Positions 1-13,249 are shown, counted from the whole stretch's first letter. The stretch: 63,011 nucleotides of DNA, filler included, from Octopus bimaculoides (GCF_001194135.2; 6 parts of 6 records of this genome joined end to end with filler, not necessarily neighbours in it), one strand, 5' to 3'. Translations and numbers: made by a program. The notes: generated by a model from the letters alone, not told the origin.

Positions 1-58
<58 letters not shown>

Positions 59-638
59 ATTTCAGCCATACTGGAATTCTGTACGAAATTACTATTTCAG
101 TCAATAAAGTAAATAAATTTAACGCACACACAAAAAATTAATAACGGTAATCAAAAATAAAGTAAAAATAACGACACATAATTATTGTAGGTTATAATTT
201 AATGATAATTTTTTTAACACGGATAATTCATATGTAACATCAAATAGCCATTTCGAACATATGTTAGTTTTATAATTTAATAACAATTGTCATTATTGTG
301 AGCAACGCAGCTTCAAACGAAACTAAATTCCCATATATTAATGTTGGTGGTTTTACAACAGCGTCCTATTAAAATATGAAATTAATCTGTTCTCTACAGG
401 AACAGCAAAACACTGTTTAGATATCATTAGAGTAAGCTTTGTGTGTGGATGCGTATGCGTGAGTGTGTATGTGTGCGCGCGTGTATTCATGTATATATAT
501 ATTTATAGTGGGTGCATAAAGTCTGTCTCGCAAATTGAGTTTCACGCCAATACAATCCTCGACCGAGAACTGTTCCGACTCTTGTATTGGTGATTCATTT
601 ACATCATTTGGTGTGTGAAGTTCTTCAGCATTTATACA

Positions 639-686
<48 letters not shown>

Positions 687-1889
687 NNNNNNNNNNNNNN
701 NNNNNNNNNNNNNNNNNNNNNNNNNNNNNNNNNNNNNNNNNNNNNNNNNNNNNNNNNNNNNNNNNNNNNNNNNNNNNNNNNNNNNNNNNNNNNNNNNNNN
801 NNNNNNNNNNNNNNNNNNNNNNNNNNNNNNNNNNNNNNNNNNNNNNNNNNNNNNNNNNNNNNNNNNNNNNNNNCACTACCAAAATATATCTCCCAGACAG
901 TGGCACTCGCAACTCAAACAGGCAAAAAAGAAAAAATAACGAATCCACCCGGCTTTGATTAATTGTATACGCGTTTCAAGATTAAAGAGGTGTAAATTAT
1001 ATTACCCGATCTTATTTCCTTCTTCAGTACAATATTCCAAAATAATATTCCAGCTGCTTGGTAAAATTACTAATTATTAATTAATTATTAATTTTTACCC
1101 TATATCCGTAAGAATTAAATAATTCACTCCCTGATAGTAAACTGCAGTTTCTTCGGGATTACTCGTAGCGCACGTGGGTAATTGAGGAATGATACTTTCT
1201 TACTCGTCTATATGAATTCGGAAATGCTGTTTTGGGATAATCGTTTGATGTCACTTGGTCGAATTTATTATTCTTTAATTTGCATTCTCGGATTTATATT
1301 TTCGTTCTTTCGTTCCATTTCTCTCATATTTCCTTGCCTTCTCTTGCTCACTTTCCCTCCATTTTTCACTTCACTGTGTCCCTGTCATTTTTTCTCGCCC
1401 CTCCTTAGTCCTTTTGTCCCTCTTCCTCTACTTCTCTCTTTTCTCTTCCCACGTGACCGGCGTTCGGCCAAGCCTGATGTTTCTTTCTTGGCCGGCCGTT
1501 GTCCGTGCAACATCGATATTCCTCCTTGTGCCTGTGAAATTTCGTATCCCTGCCGTAAGGCTTTATTTCAACACACGCCAGCTTAATTTAATTCGTCCTT
1601 AGTCGAAAGACACCTGTTGTTATGTCCTGTTATTATTTTTATTGTATTTGTCTAACATTGTTCGTTTTTTCCCGTCCTTGTTGCTGTATACATTCGCTGC
1701 TTTCTTCGAAGGAATCTAATGCTCTTTGCTTAGTTTTTCCTTGGGGCTGGCCAGACTGGAGCAATATCGAGAATAACCAGCCGAAATTTCAAGGATAATC
1801 TGGAACTCGACTGAGGAAAGAAAACTGGATGTTTTGCGTTCTTGTCCCATTTTGTGTTATATACAATGCTTCTCACCCTGTTCGTCGAT

Positions 1890-3032
1890 TTTTGCGAAGG
1901 GTTAAACGAAGGAACAGCGTGCTTCCGTGAAATTCTTCTTCCTGCTGAGGGAAACGGCGGCCGAAACTGCTTACAATGACGCTACCATGGCAAAACATGG
2001 GTTTTCGAAAGGTTTTCAGGCTTTAGGAATGGCCANNNNNNNNNNNNNNNNNNNNNNNNNNNNNNNNNNNNNNNNNNNNNNNNNNNNNNNNNNNNNNNNN
2101 NNNNNNNNNNNNNNNNNNNNNNNNNNNNNNNNNNNNNNNNNNNNNNNNNNNNNNNNNNNNNNNNNNNNNNNNNNNNNNNNNNNNNNNNNNNNNNNNNNNN
2201 NNNNNNNNNNNNNNNNNNNNNNNNNNNNNNNNNNNNNNNNNNNNNNNNNNNNNNNNNNNNNNNNNNNNNNNNNNNNNNNNNNNNNNNNNNNNNNNNNNNN
2301 NNNNNNNNNNNNNNNNNNNNNNNNNNNNNNNNNNNNNNNNNNNNNNNNNNNNNNNNNNNNNNNNNNNNNNNNNNNNNNNNNNNNNNNNNNNNNNNNNNNN
2401 NNNNNNNNNNNNNNNNNNNNNNNNNNNNNNNNNNNNNNNNNNNNNNNNNNNNNNNNNNNNNNNNNNNNNNNNNNNNNNNNNNNNNNNNNNNNNNNNNNNN
2501 NNNNNNNNNNNNNNNNNNNNNNNNNNNNNNNNNNNNNNNNNNNNNNNNNNNNNNNNNNNNNNNNNNNNNNNNNNNNNNNNNNNNNNNNNNNNNNNNNNNN
2601 NNNNNNNNNNNNNNNNNNNNNNNNNNNNNNNNNNNNNNNNNNNNNNNNNNNNNNNNNNNNNNNNNNNNNNNNNNNNNNNNNNNNNNNNNNNNNNNNNGAG
2701 CGTGAAACAGTTTTTGACTAAAAATGGTACGATCTCGCCTACCCACCCACACTGTTCATCCGATCTTGCTCCCTGTAACTTTTTTCTGTTCACCGAATGA
2801 AAAAAGTCCGAAAGGAAAATGTTTTGCAGATGTGGAAGAGGTGAAGAAGAAAAAAAGAAAAACGACGGAGGCGTTAAAAGGCATCACTTCGCGGAAGTTC
2901 TAGGACTGCTTCGAATAGTGAAAAACGCGTCTGGACCGATGCATTGCTTCAAATGGAGAAAACTCCGAAAGCGATAAAAGAGTAAACATGTAAAACTAAG
3001 TGAATAAAATAATATTGCAAAATTCCGTCGGT
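1890..3032 (+). mobile_element. Mariner-family transposon, decayed, middle hidden by a gap
   Basis: N-terminal EQRASVKFFFLLRETAAET before the gap. After the gap, SVKQFLTKNGTISPTHPHCSSDLAPCNFFLF (YSPDLAPCDF motif) and a C-terminal RLDRCIASNGE. Confidence 0.85.
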
Positions 3033-3404
3033 AACGCTTTCACGCGGTTATAGAAAAAGAGGGAGAGAGAAGCATCCATGACTTGAGGCAGGGGGAACGT
3101 AATATTTATTACGTGATTAAAAAAGTTAGTTGAAGGTTGTGATATAGAGGAAGAGAGTAAACATATAAATTTAGCAGAGAGGTAATGTTCAGATGGTGAG
3201 GTTAAAGAAAGGCAGAGAGAGTGGGGAGAAAGAGAGACAGGAGGGAGAGAGAGATGGTGGAGATGGTGGTGGTGATTCAGCAGTTTTTTGGATAAATAAC
3301 CCAATAGGTATACCATTAATTCCGTGAAATCCCGCTAGTCTATATGTATACATATATTTAGATATGTATGCATATATGTACGTTTGTGCGTGTTGGGGTG
3401 GGCG

Positions 3405-3441
<37 letters not shown>

Positions 3442-3720
3442 TTATGTGTATGTAATCTTAAATTGAAAACCACATGCCTAACAATTGTAGAAACACAGGG
3501 TTACCTGGTGGAAATAGTAATTTATTCCGCAATTTATCAAGCTGAGAACAAGTCCATTTGTAAGTTGTCTTTTGAGAGACGCTGGTAAAGAAGAAAACGA
3601 AAACGAAAAACAAAAGAAGATAACCGTTACTACAATATTCGATGTCAAGCAGAGTAAACAGGATGTTAATGGTTTACTAAGTGTCTGATGATCTACTTTC
3701 AAATTCTGACAAGGTGTATT

Positions 3721-3990
3721 TTATGAAATGTGGACATAAAGAAAAAAATCCCGTTCCTCGAATTTATAAATTCCTTGGAGGTTTTCATGTGTTTTAAAAG
3801 ATACAGTTTTTTCAAGCGAACACACTGAGCATTTTTTAGACCAGTTGATGCAGGGTTTAGATTTAGTGAGGATTCTCCATTTCATATCGAAATTGGTCCC
3901 TTCGTCTTTAAATTTCCCGATTAAAGCTGAAAGGTTTGTTGTATGTCTCTTATCAGGGTACATAAAATTCCAAAGATGGTTGTTATATAA
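3721..3990 (-). mobile_element. Penelope-like element, GIY-YIG endonuclease C-terminal fragment
   Basis: YNNHLWNFMYPDKRHTTNLSALIGKFKDEGTNFDMKWRILTKSKPCINWSKKCSVCSLEK resembles the PLE RYNNH...WKLK...W.I...C.LC..EK block. Weaker PLE-like remnants run to about 5950. Confidence 0.7.
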
Positions 3991-5039
3991 CTGTCCCACT
4001 GCTCCTCTTCCCTTCTGATTAACTTTCCCTCTGCTTCTCTGCCCCTCGGCCCCTCTGTCCCTCTGCCCTTCTGACTCTCTACTCCATTGCAAGTTTCCGC
4101 GGACTTTTGATGACAGATTGAGCATTCTAAGGCTGAGACACGAGGCATGGGAATCATATTTAACTCTTATTCATTCAGATTTACGTCATTATTTCTGTTG
4201 TCACTTATAAATTAACTATTAGCTGTTGCACAACTGGATAGCCACCATATAATTTAACTCCTATTATCTCCAGAGTCCATTTGAATGCTGAAATATAGCC
4301 ACCATTAATTTCATTATTAATTTCATTTGTTTTGGCTTCTCTGATTTGTTTCTTCAGTAACACCGATCGTTATGTAGTCGCTACCTTTATTTAAGGATAT
4401 ATTTCACTGCTTGTCCGTTACATATGCGTCTATGTTGCAATAGCTGTTGCATTTATCATTCAAATATGCCAAAATCTACAGCTACTGACCCACTGACCAA
4501 ATCTAAAAATAGCTTTTAGAGATGTTGAACTGATATCCCGACATCTAAACGATAGGGAAAGATGTCTAGCACTCCGGTCCGGTTTTTTTTGTTTTCAGGA
4601 AGTCATGTGGATAATGATTTTGGCATTTGGCAGCAATCATGCGAAATTCATTAGGGTAATCCTTACACACGAACCATGTAGGATATTTTACGTTACATTA
4701 TGGTATAAATAGTCTTAGCTATGTTTCTTCATTCTATAACTCTGCAGATACAAATTATCATAATATTATTTATAATGCTGGCAGAATCGTTAGCAGCTAT
4801 TACGGTTACTTTGCTACTTATTCCCTGTTCTTATTACATGTGAAAGTAATAAAGGAAACTTCCCAGCTTTTGGACGTTTATCATGGAGTCTCGATGAAAC
4901 ATCGACATTCATCCATCAATAATGAAGGTCGAGGGTCATGAATCTTCTGTTATGAATATTCCCTGTTTGTCAGTCCAGAGAATTAACAAAATGGTTTGAT
5001 ATTCTCGTTTGATATTTTTTATGCTTTTGTTCTTATCCA

Positions 5040-5590
5040 ATGAAAACTTAGAATAACTAAATACATATCACAATAATGAATTGGATTCTAGAATTACAGG
5101 CGCTGGCACAGTAATGTGCCGCAGCTCCAGCATTTAAGCCTCAGAAGATATTGAGGGCATAACAAGGTCAAACTAGCTATCTTCAATTTGGTCTATGTAC
5201 CTATTCTCATTTATGTTCATGGATGCTGGTTAATGTCCAAAAGCATACGATCGCAAATACAAGCGGCCTAAATGGAGTCCCTCCATAGGATCGCTAAAAT
5301 AAACGTTATTAGACAGGATATGTAACTCAAAGACCAGTGTATTCTTTCCAGATTGAGCCGCTATTTCTTCGCATTGCGCGGCCACAGCTCGGGTATTACA
5401 GATATATGGTTCTTCAAGCCAAGCCAACCGGTAGAAGACTTAGGATAGACTAAGAACAATATGGTTGGGTAATATCCAGTCTCAGATGCAAAGTGTAATG
5501 ACTGTTACTTCTGACAGCACCCTAAGGAGGAGGTGCCTGAAAATTTTTTCCAACCACGACCCACCCATGAGAAGACAGATGGATAAAGGG
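5040..5590 (+). mobile_element. RTE-clade LINE 3' fragment, degenerate
   Basis: Frameshifted ELDSRITGAGTVM..KVKLAIFNLVYVPILIYVHGCWLMSKSIRSQIQAA*MESLHRIAK..LLDRICNSK..FFQIEPLFLRI, typical of the RTE post-RT region. Confidence 0.75.
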
Positions 5591-5971
5591 AATAATATTC
5601 TTGATTTAAACGACTCGATTAGGGGAGATAATGGACATCATGACACCGTAACACCGGCCGATCATTCTGGTTATGCTTTAGAGCAATTTTCCTATTTTTT
5701 CCTAAAATACTTCATGTTAAACCAACTCGTTATGATCTATCTTTGAACGTAGATGATTGCAGAAACTGCAAGAGGGCATTATTTGGATTGAAGTATATCC
5801 TCTGATGAAGGATTCCGTTTACCTAAAGTGATAACATGTTCCGCTAGTTCTGACTCCAAGTTATTATTTTAGCATAATCAGAGCAATAAGCTTCTCTTGT
5901 TGGTTAATTCTATTTTCTGCTAACAGATGTAGGAACATGTTGATGTGCAGAAATGACTATCCAAATATCAA

Positions 5972-6026
<55 letters not shown>

Positions 6027-6399
6027 CGATAGAGAGCAACAAATCAGTAATCTCTTCACATTATTGCCTGAAATAATCCGAAGCTGCTTCTGGTTATTAT
6101 CTTCCTTATGTGAATCCATTGATCCTGATATAATGCATCATAAATATATATGCTACTCAAGTGTATTCTTGATTTTTCGGAGCAAAGTTATTGTGAATTT
6201 AATCGATGACTATAACATTTATGGGTAGACATACCTGGTGTATTTGAAACGTTATATTTTGTGCTTCTTACCGGTAAGGAATTAAAAGCTAAAGCAGGGT
6301 TATAACCTTCAATCTGTGGTCCAAAATTAGTGCCCATAGTTAAAACTTCTTTCAGCTTTAAGGGTGGCTGTTAAACGGGTGATGGTACCAACTATCTAT

Positions 6400-6985
6400 T
6401 CCCAAAACAGTGGTACCATCTGACTGTAACCACAAGAGTGTTACCACCTTGTCCATTTCCATAACATTTATACCACGTGAGTATACAACAGTGGAACCAC
6501 CTGTCCAGTAGTAGCGCATTGCTCATTACCACAACAGTGGCATCACCTGTTATTCCCACAAGGATATCATCTGTATATTCTCACAATTGTGGCAATCATC
6601 TGTCCTTTCTCATAACAGTTGTAAACCATAACATTTCTGACAACTGTGATAAAAACTAACCCTTCTCAACAGTGATACCAACTAACCCTTCTCAAAACAA
6701 CTAACCCTTCTCAAAACAGTTGTACCATTTGACCCTTCTTACAACAGTAGTAACCCGTGACCATTCCAACAGCATTTTTATCCCCTGCCAATTCCAACAA
6801 AAAATAGCATAACCTTGCCCATTCACACAACAGTGGTATCACCTTATCCGTTTCCATCAAAGTGGTACCATCTGTTCCTTCCCACAACAAATGGTACTAT
6901 TTTGTCTATTCCCACGACAAATGGTACCACTTTTCCATTCCCACAGTAGTACCATCTGTTCCTTCCTACAACAGTGATTCTGCCT
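6400..6985. repeat. Degenerate ~30 bp minisatellite (consensus near acaacagtggtaccatctgtccattcccac)
   Basis: Recurrent gtggtaccatctg and cccacaac words. No frame is maintained across units. Confidence 0.7.
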
Positions 6986-7038
6986 TGTCCTTACTAGAAG
7001 ACAAATTAAATTGAAGTTTTGTATATATATATATATAT

Positions 7039-7390
7039 AGGAACATTATGGATGATATCAGGATTACCTGGGTCAGTGATACTCAGTGTACACACTCGGA
7101 ATACTTTCCACAAGCTGTAATAAGATCAATATTGCTGCCGTTGTAATGGTGAACACCAGTCTTAGCCAACATAGCATAGCATCCAATCTCACTTTTCCTT
7201 AAAGGAGGAGTGTTATTGGCAATAGTTTTCAGGGCTTGTTTATAACCGAGCATATATTTACTGCTCTTCATCATCAAAGCCAACCTTGAGTTGATATTCT
7301 CAATGGTCTTTTGGGATTTCTTTGGCGGGACCATGGTTATGGTTTCACTTTTACTCGATACGACCTCAGTAATGGACATCACTTCAGAGA
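7039..7390 (-). pseudogene. RPL30: Processed pseudogene of 60S ribosomal protein L30 (eL30)
   Basis: Intronless [81 protein letters not shown] at 7334. It has a 10-codon in-frame deletion (RQGKAKLVIL equivalent) and a 1-nt frameshift, after which [20 protein letters not shown] resumes. Confidence 0.93.
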
Positions 7391-7850
7391 ATATATATAT
7401 ATATATATATTATACCTTTGTAATTTGTATTTAACAGATGCCTACTAATGCGCTAATAAAAGCTCCTATATTACTTGTTGCTGGCTACCGTATATTATTC
7501 CGAACCTGCCCAGTTAACTGTATGGGATTGTCATGCATGCGGTACTCCACGTAGTGTATGATAAATATATTAATAACGAAAAATATTTCATGGATGAGGG
7601 TTATATTTCTATTAATGCGTTACTATATATGTTTCGACCAAGACAGTCCTAAGAACATTAATGTAAAATTGCCTGAGGAAGTGTGAATGCCATATGGACT
7701 CCCCAAGTGTCCATAGATATTATAAATCATGTTTAATAATATCCTTATGGATTTGGTGAGGTAGTCCCATAAAAATACATCTCATGCCGAAATATATGTA
7801 GCAATGCAGTAATAAAAATATAAAAACTCCATCCATGCGATGTGTCTCAC

Positions 7851-8045
7851 GGTGAACTGAGAGAATCGTTAGTATGCCGGGCAAAATGGTTACTGATATT
7901 TCGTCCGTTTTCACATTCTGAGTTCAAATTCTGCCGAGGTCGAGTTTGCCTTTCATCCTTGCAGAGTCGATAAAATAAGTACCAGTTGATCACTGGGGTC
8001 GATGTACTAGCCCCCTCCCCAAAATTTCAGGCCTTATGCCTATAG
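7851..8045 (+). mobile_element. tRNA-derived SINE, family B
   Basis: Head gaatcgttag..., B-box GAGTTCAAATTC, body gcctttcatcctt..gtcgataaaataagtaccag. The same body recurs at about 16475, 17085, 23478, 27185, 29865, 54150 and 58345. Confidence 0.8.
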
Positions 8046-9317
8046 ATTAATATATATTATATATGTTTAGTTGAATTCTTTGTATATCATTCCTTTAGGC
8101 ATATCCTTGTATCTCTTTTTCAACCTTTGGTATCCATCTTCCCATTCTGACTTCTCCAAATTCATCAATTGCTATAAATTCTACAACAATCTCCATAACT
8201 TTTCAATTTCTAACAGGAACGGCCATATACAGTTGTGTCTTCTAAGATCCAGTTACTTTCAAATACATCATATTCTTCGGTCTCAGGATTTTTTTATTTC
8301 GTTTCTCCCGGAATTTCTTGTGTCCTTTTATTGTCTATTCTCCGTCTTCGAATTTCGCGATTTTGTTCTCTTTACTACGCAGTGAATAACATACAAAAGA
8401 TTTGCTCACTTTCCGGTATCCGAGGTCTCTTACCACCAATTAACATTGTTTCATTCTTTGACATTGTCATCGTTATATACGGCTTTTGATGCTCTTAAAT
8501 TTAAACTGCAATAACACGCTGTTTACAGAACCAAGAAATAAATAAAAATGATAAACTAGGAAGATAAAAGCTGATACTCAAAAAAGTGAAGCAATAAATC
8601 TTAATAGATAGGGTTGTCAGATAAAAACGTTCGTTTTTGGTTGTTGCTTCCCCACCTCCTACTTGGCACGCCAACGCCATATGTTTGAAAAAAGTTAAAA
8701 TTTATTCAAATTTCAAAAACGCTAAACAAAATTTGTAAAGGAAGAACAAAGCAACGAAAAACCCAAAACTCTTCGGAAAAAATATTTTTCACATTAATTA
8801 AAATAGTATTGGAAAGGATTAAAATATATTTAGAAAAGAAAAAAAAGAAAAATGAGCCATGCTGGAGCACCACCTTCAAGAGTTTCAGTAGAGCGAATCG
8901 AACCCAGCGCTTATTTTTTAAAAGCCCTGTACTTATTCTATCGGTGTCCTTTGCCAAATTGCTAAGTTACGGTGACGTAGACACACCAGCACCGGTATTT
9001 TGTCTGGCGCTACGTTCTGAGCTCAAATTCCGCCGAGGTCGACTTTGTCTTTCATATTTTCGGGGTCGATAAATTAAGTACCAGTTGAACACTGAGGTTG
9101 ATGTAATCGATACATCGCCTCCCCAAAATAGCTGCTCTTGTGGCAACATTTGAAACCATTATTAAATTCATCCTACATTATATTGGTACAGCTCGATGCG
9201 ACCCCGAAAAACTGGTTCACCAGTCAATATCATTAGACTGTGGCCGGAATAAAAGAATAGGAGTTTTGTTTGCATATTTAAAACGTTTCCCATAAACAAA
9301 TTTAAAAGATATATATA

Positions 9318-10867
9318 TCGGATGTATCAGCAAAATTGTCCCATTCACAAATTCTTAATATTTCTTAAAACCAATATACAAATCAATTTGCAATTTTCCA
9401 TTCTTCCAGATAAAACATCTGGCCATACTGACACCAGTTTTTTTAAGAATCAGTGAAATATTCATTGAGATATTTAGTTAGAAATCATTTTGTGTCAGCC
9501 TCACTATGTCATCCCAAATGAGCAATGTTGAGAGGGCTAAGATCATCAAGGCCTTCAGTAATGCTGCCAACATTCATTCTCTGGATTCCACCTTCAAAAA
9601 ACCGTGAAGAGAATTGTGAATAAGTTTGAGAAAGAGGTAATAATGGAAAGGAAAACTGGATCAGATCATAACTGCAAGCGAAATCAACAATTTAATCTGG
9701 AACTGAAGAGACTAATCAGAAGAGATACAACTCAGGCCATAAGATGCTTGACACGTGAGAGAGGAGTTTCAGCTATGAAAGTTCCAAGAGCGGTGACAGA
9801 AGACTTGAAAGTGAAATCGTACTGAGACCTGTGAGGCAAATTATTACTCTAGAACAAAACGTTAGAAGATTAGAGAGGGTAAAAATCAAACATAATCCTG
9901 AAGTGTTTTTTTTTACACAGATGGGAAGAATTTTACCCAAGATACGCACACAAACAGATGCAACAGCTACGTTCTGGCTTCGCCTCCTCATGAAAGAGCC
10001 AAAAATTTCATTTACAGGTTAAAGAACCCTGCCAAGATGATGATTTTTCGCCTGTGTGGCCTGTGATGGCAAGAAGATGCCATTGACCATCTTCGAGAAG
10101 GTTGAGAGACTGACAGGAATCTGTTATGTTCAGGTTTTGAAATACATAAAGACTCGGATTCTTTCTGAATATCCTGAGGCAAGAGACGAGGGAAACCCCA
10201 ACAAGATTGCTAAGAACTTCAAGTTTACATTCCAGCAAGATGGGGTTCCTTGTCACACGAATGCAGTGGCTCAAAAATTTCTTAGAGATGGGTTTGGAAA
10301 CCGGTTTGGGGATAAGGCCACTTGGTTTCCTTCATCACCTGATTTAAACCCTTTAGACTGCAGCATCTGGAAGGAGCTTGTCAATAAAGCTTGTGAGAAG
10401 CCCCACAGTAACCTACAAGCCCTCAAAAACTCCATCCGTAGGACGTAGGTGGAAAACATTGATGAGGAATTCATTAAGAAAGCCAGTGGTGCAGTCAAGA
10501 AGAAGGTTGAGGAAGTCATTGCCAAAATAGGAACAACTCTTGATGCCTAACAGGTAGAATTTCAGCCAGAATTGTCTCTGGAACTTTGAAATAAAACTTT
10601 AAGCTTCCATTCGAACTTTATTCCAATCCTTTATGAGCTCTCAATCCTGAGATATGTCATTTTCGTTCATGATCAACTACATCACGATTCTTCTGATAAG
10701 CTTGGAGAGCAATTAACCCTTTTTTTTTTTTACTTTTGCTCAAAGTAGAGTTCAATAGTATTGGAAAGACTTCTGATTTAATTCCATTAAATTATCTTCA
10801 GACATTCCTGCGATACAAAGGTCCGAAGCTAAATCTAAAATTTCGACAGTTTTGCTGATACACCCGG
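9318..10867 (+). mobile_element. Full-length decayed Tc1/mariner-superfamily element, DD37D (maT)-like
   Basis: 23-bp TIRs (20/23 match, tcggatgtatcagcaaaattgtc and ccgggtgtatcagcaaaactgtc) with TA on both sides. Disrupted transposase with DGKNFT, FQQDGVPCH and WFPSSPDLNPLDCSIW. Confidence 0.92.
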
Positions 10868-10875
10868 TATATATG

Positions 10876-10925
<50 letters not shown>

Positions 10926-10928
<3 letters not shown>

Positions 10929-11091
10929 TTTAGGACAATCAGTAAGTTGTCATGATAGGACACAGAGTTTCAATTGCCGGAGATAAGAGCTACGATGCAT
11001 TCTCATCGGCTATTATTACAATAGGCACTCTTAGCTCCGGTATTTGAGACTCTGAATCCTATCATGACAACTTACTGATTGTCCTAAACTA
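10926..11091. mobile_element. MITE, 166 bp, with 35-bp perfect TIRs
   Basis: 10926-10960 is the exact reverse complement of 11057-11091; imperfect pairing continues inward. Confidence 0.85.
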
Positions 11092-11189
11092 TACATATAT
11101 AAATTCCTCTATTTACCTAATATCGAGGTCTCATTCTTTCGTTGTCATTTTATTATTATTATTGTTATTATTATTATTATTATTATTAC

Positions 11190-11372
11190 TATTATATAAC
11201 CTCGTGGACATCGGTGGCGATTTTTTCTTCTTCCGTTTTTCCCTTCTTTGAACTTTCCTTGTTTCCGACGAAGAGCTCCGCTCGAAACGTCATACTCTCT
11301 CTCTTTCCTTTCCCGAGCGTCTAGTAACACAATCTGTATCACGTCCTCACGTTGTTGTTATTGTTTTTTGTC
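11190..11372 (+). repeat. Short repeat remnant containing a minimal hammerhead-like motif (PLE terminal-repeat type)
   Basis: CCGACGA-A-GAGC(tcc)GCTC-GAA-ACGT-C at 11265-11291. Confidence 0.45.
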
Positions 11373-11391
11373 TTTTTCCTTTTTTTGAACT

Positions 11392-11444
<53 letters not shown>

Positions 11445-11475
11445 ATGTATGTATATATGTGTGTGTGTGTATGTG

Positions 11476-11632
11476 CAATGGGCTTCTTTCAATTTCCGTC
11501 TACTAAATCCGCACACAAGGTTTTGCCAGCCTGAGGCTATAGTGGAAGACACTCGCCCAAGATGCCACGCAGTGGAACTGAACCCGGAACCGTTTAGTAG
11601 GGAAGCAAGCTTCTTACCACACAGTCACGCCC
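11476..11632 (-). mobile_element. tRNA-derived SINE family A, 5' half
   Basis: Reverse complement of the gtggctgtgtggtaag...ccttgggcaagtgtctt...gaaactgaaagaagccc head, followed by a microsatellite. Confidence 0.8.
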
Positions 11633-12083
11633 GCGCCAATTATCTGACACCCAAATTACATGTTGAAATTATGGAATGTATTCTGTTGTAACTGTAGATT
11701 CCATTGGAATCATATAACTAAATATTTAAACGTCAGCATCAACTACATTTAGCAAATATATGCACTGCATAAATGAAGACATTAGTTAATTGATGTTAAT
11801 GATTCAAAGAGAAAATTAAAATCGAATATATATATAGAGGAATAAATGAACGAATAAGGAAAACTAAACTTTGAACTAGAAACTATATAAATGGAAACGG
11901 AAAGTATGGAATTATATAGAACGTTAAGAACGCAAACGATATAATTGCAATGAATCGTATATCACTAAAATCTTTTTAAAACGGTTATATTACCAACAAT
12001 GGAAAATGTCAGCAAATTGCAAATATAGCGAAAATGAAGTATATGCTATTTGAAGAATAAATTAACTGTGTATTTATGTATAC

Positions 12084-12130
<47 letters not shown>

Positions 12131-12242
12131 GGTTTACCTCCTCACACACAAACATGCAAAAATGCACGTGCGCCCGCACACACGCACACGTATANNNNNN
12201 NNNNACACACGCACACGTATATATATATGTATGTATGTATGA

Positions 12243-12293
<51 letters not shown>

Positions 12294-13249
12294 TGTGTGT
12301 CTGTGTGTCTGTGTGTGTGTATAAGGAAGTTATTTTATTCCACAAGATTAGAAATACAGAAAATAGGAATTGAAATTGCACGCGCAGTCTTTTTGATGGT
12401 CTCTTTTTAAAGACTTACCCGATTTCACAGATCTTACTGATTTTAAAAACTTATACGAGATAGAAAACGCGGCGCTATGTCGCAACTGTTTAGCTTCTAA
12501 ATGCAGTTCAAAAATTCTTCTTTCTTTTTTTTGGATGGGGGAGGGTTATGGAGAAGACATGGCTCAAATTAATACCTGTTTAGGATACAATTTCGTTGGC
12601 AGAGGATAACCAGAGGATTAGACTTGAAGTCTTTTTTTAAGGTCCCTGCTACGCCTGTGCGTTAATACTATGTCACAATTGTTTTTGAGCCGTAAGTTAA
12701 GACTGACACGGTTGAGTGAACGTCTGTGGTAACAGTCGCAAACAATCAAGGCTCTCTGATGGGCAGGAGTTGTTTGCATGTAGTTTACTGACTGAATAGA
12801 TACGAGTTGTATGTATGTTACCTGGGCATAACATTTTGTGCTGCACTAAATTGGTATGTTAGTGTCATGCGAGAAAAGTCTTGATTGTGCCCAACGTTCA
12901 GGTTGTTGGTTGTGTAAATTCAACATGTTAAGCGGCATAATGAGTTTGTCTGTGAGTAGCTGTTAGCGAATGGACTTTGTTAAAATTTATTCATTTGTGG
13001 TTGGTTTGTATTTTCGTATGAATATATCTTCTTTGCTTCTTCGTATTAGATTTGTGGTTTTGACAGAACAAAAAAAATAAAGTAGAAAGACTTGGAATTT
13101 GGGGACTTAATTTTTACACATATGTTCATGAGCCCACTGAGTGATAGCAATCTAGTACTGGAGTTTCCTATCTGTTTATTTCTGAGTGTAAGTTTTACTT
13201 ACCTATGTAATCTTCGTTACATACTTTACGTTTAATATAATATATTGAA

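Noticed and set aside
500-625. Acidic reading frame ELHTPNDVNESPIQESEQFSVEDC as a possible MTF1 C-terminal exon
   Set aside because: No recognisable homology and no good acceptor site.
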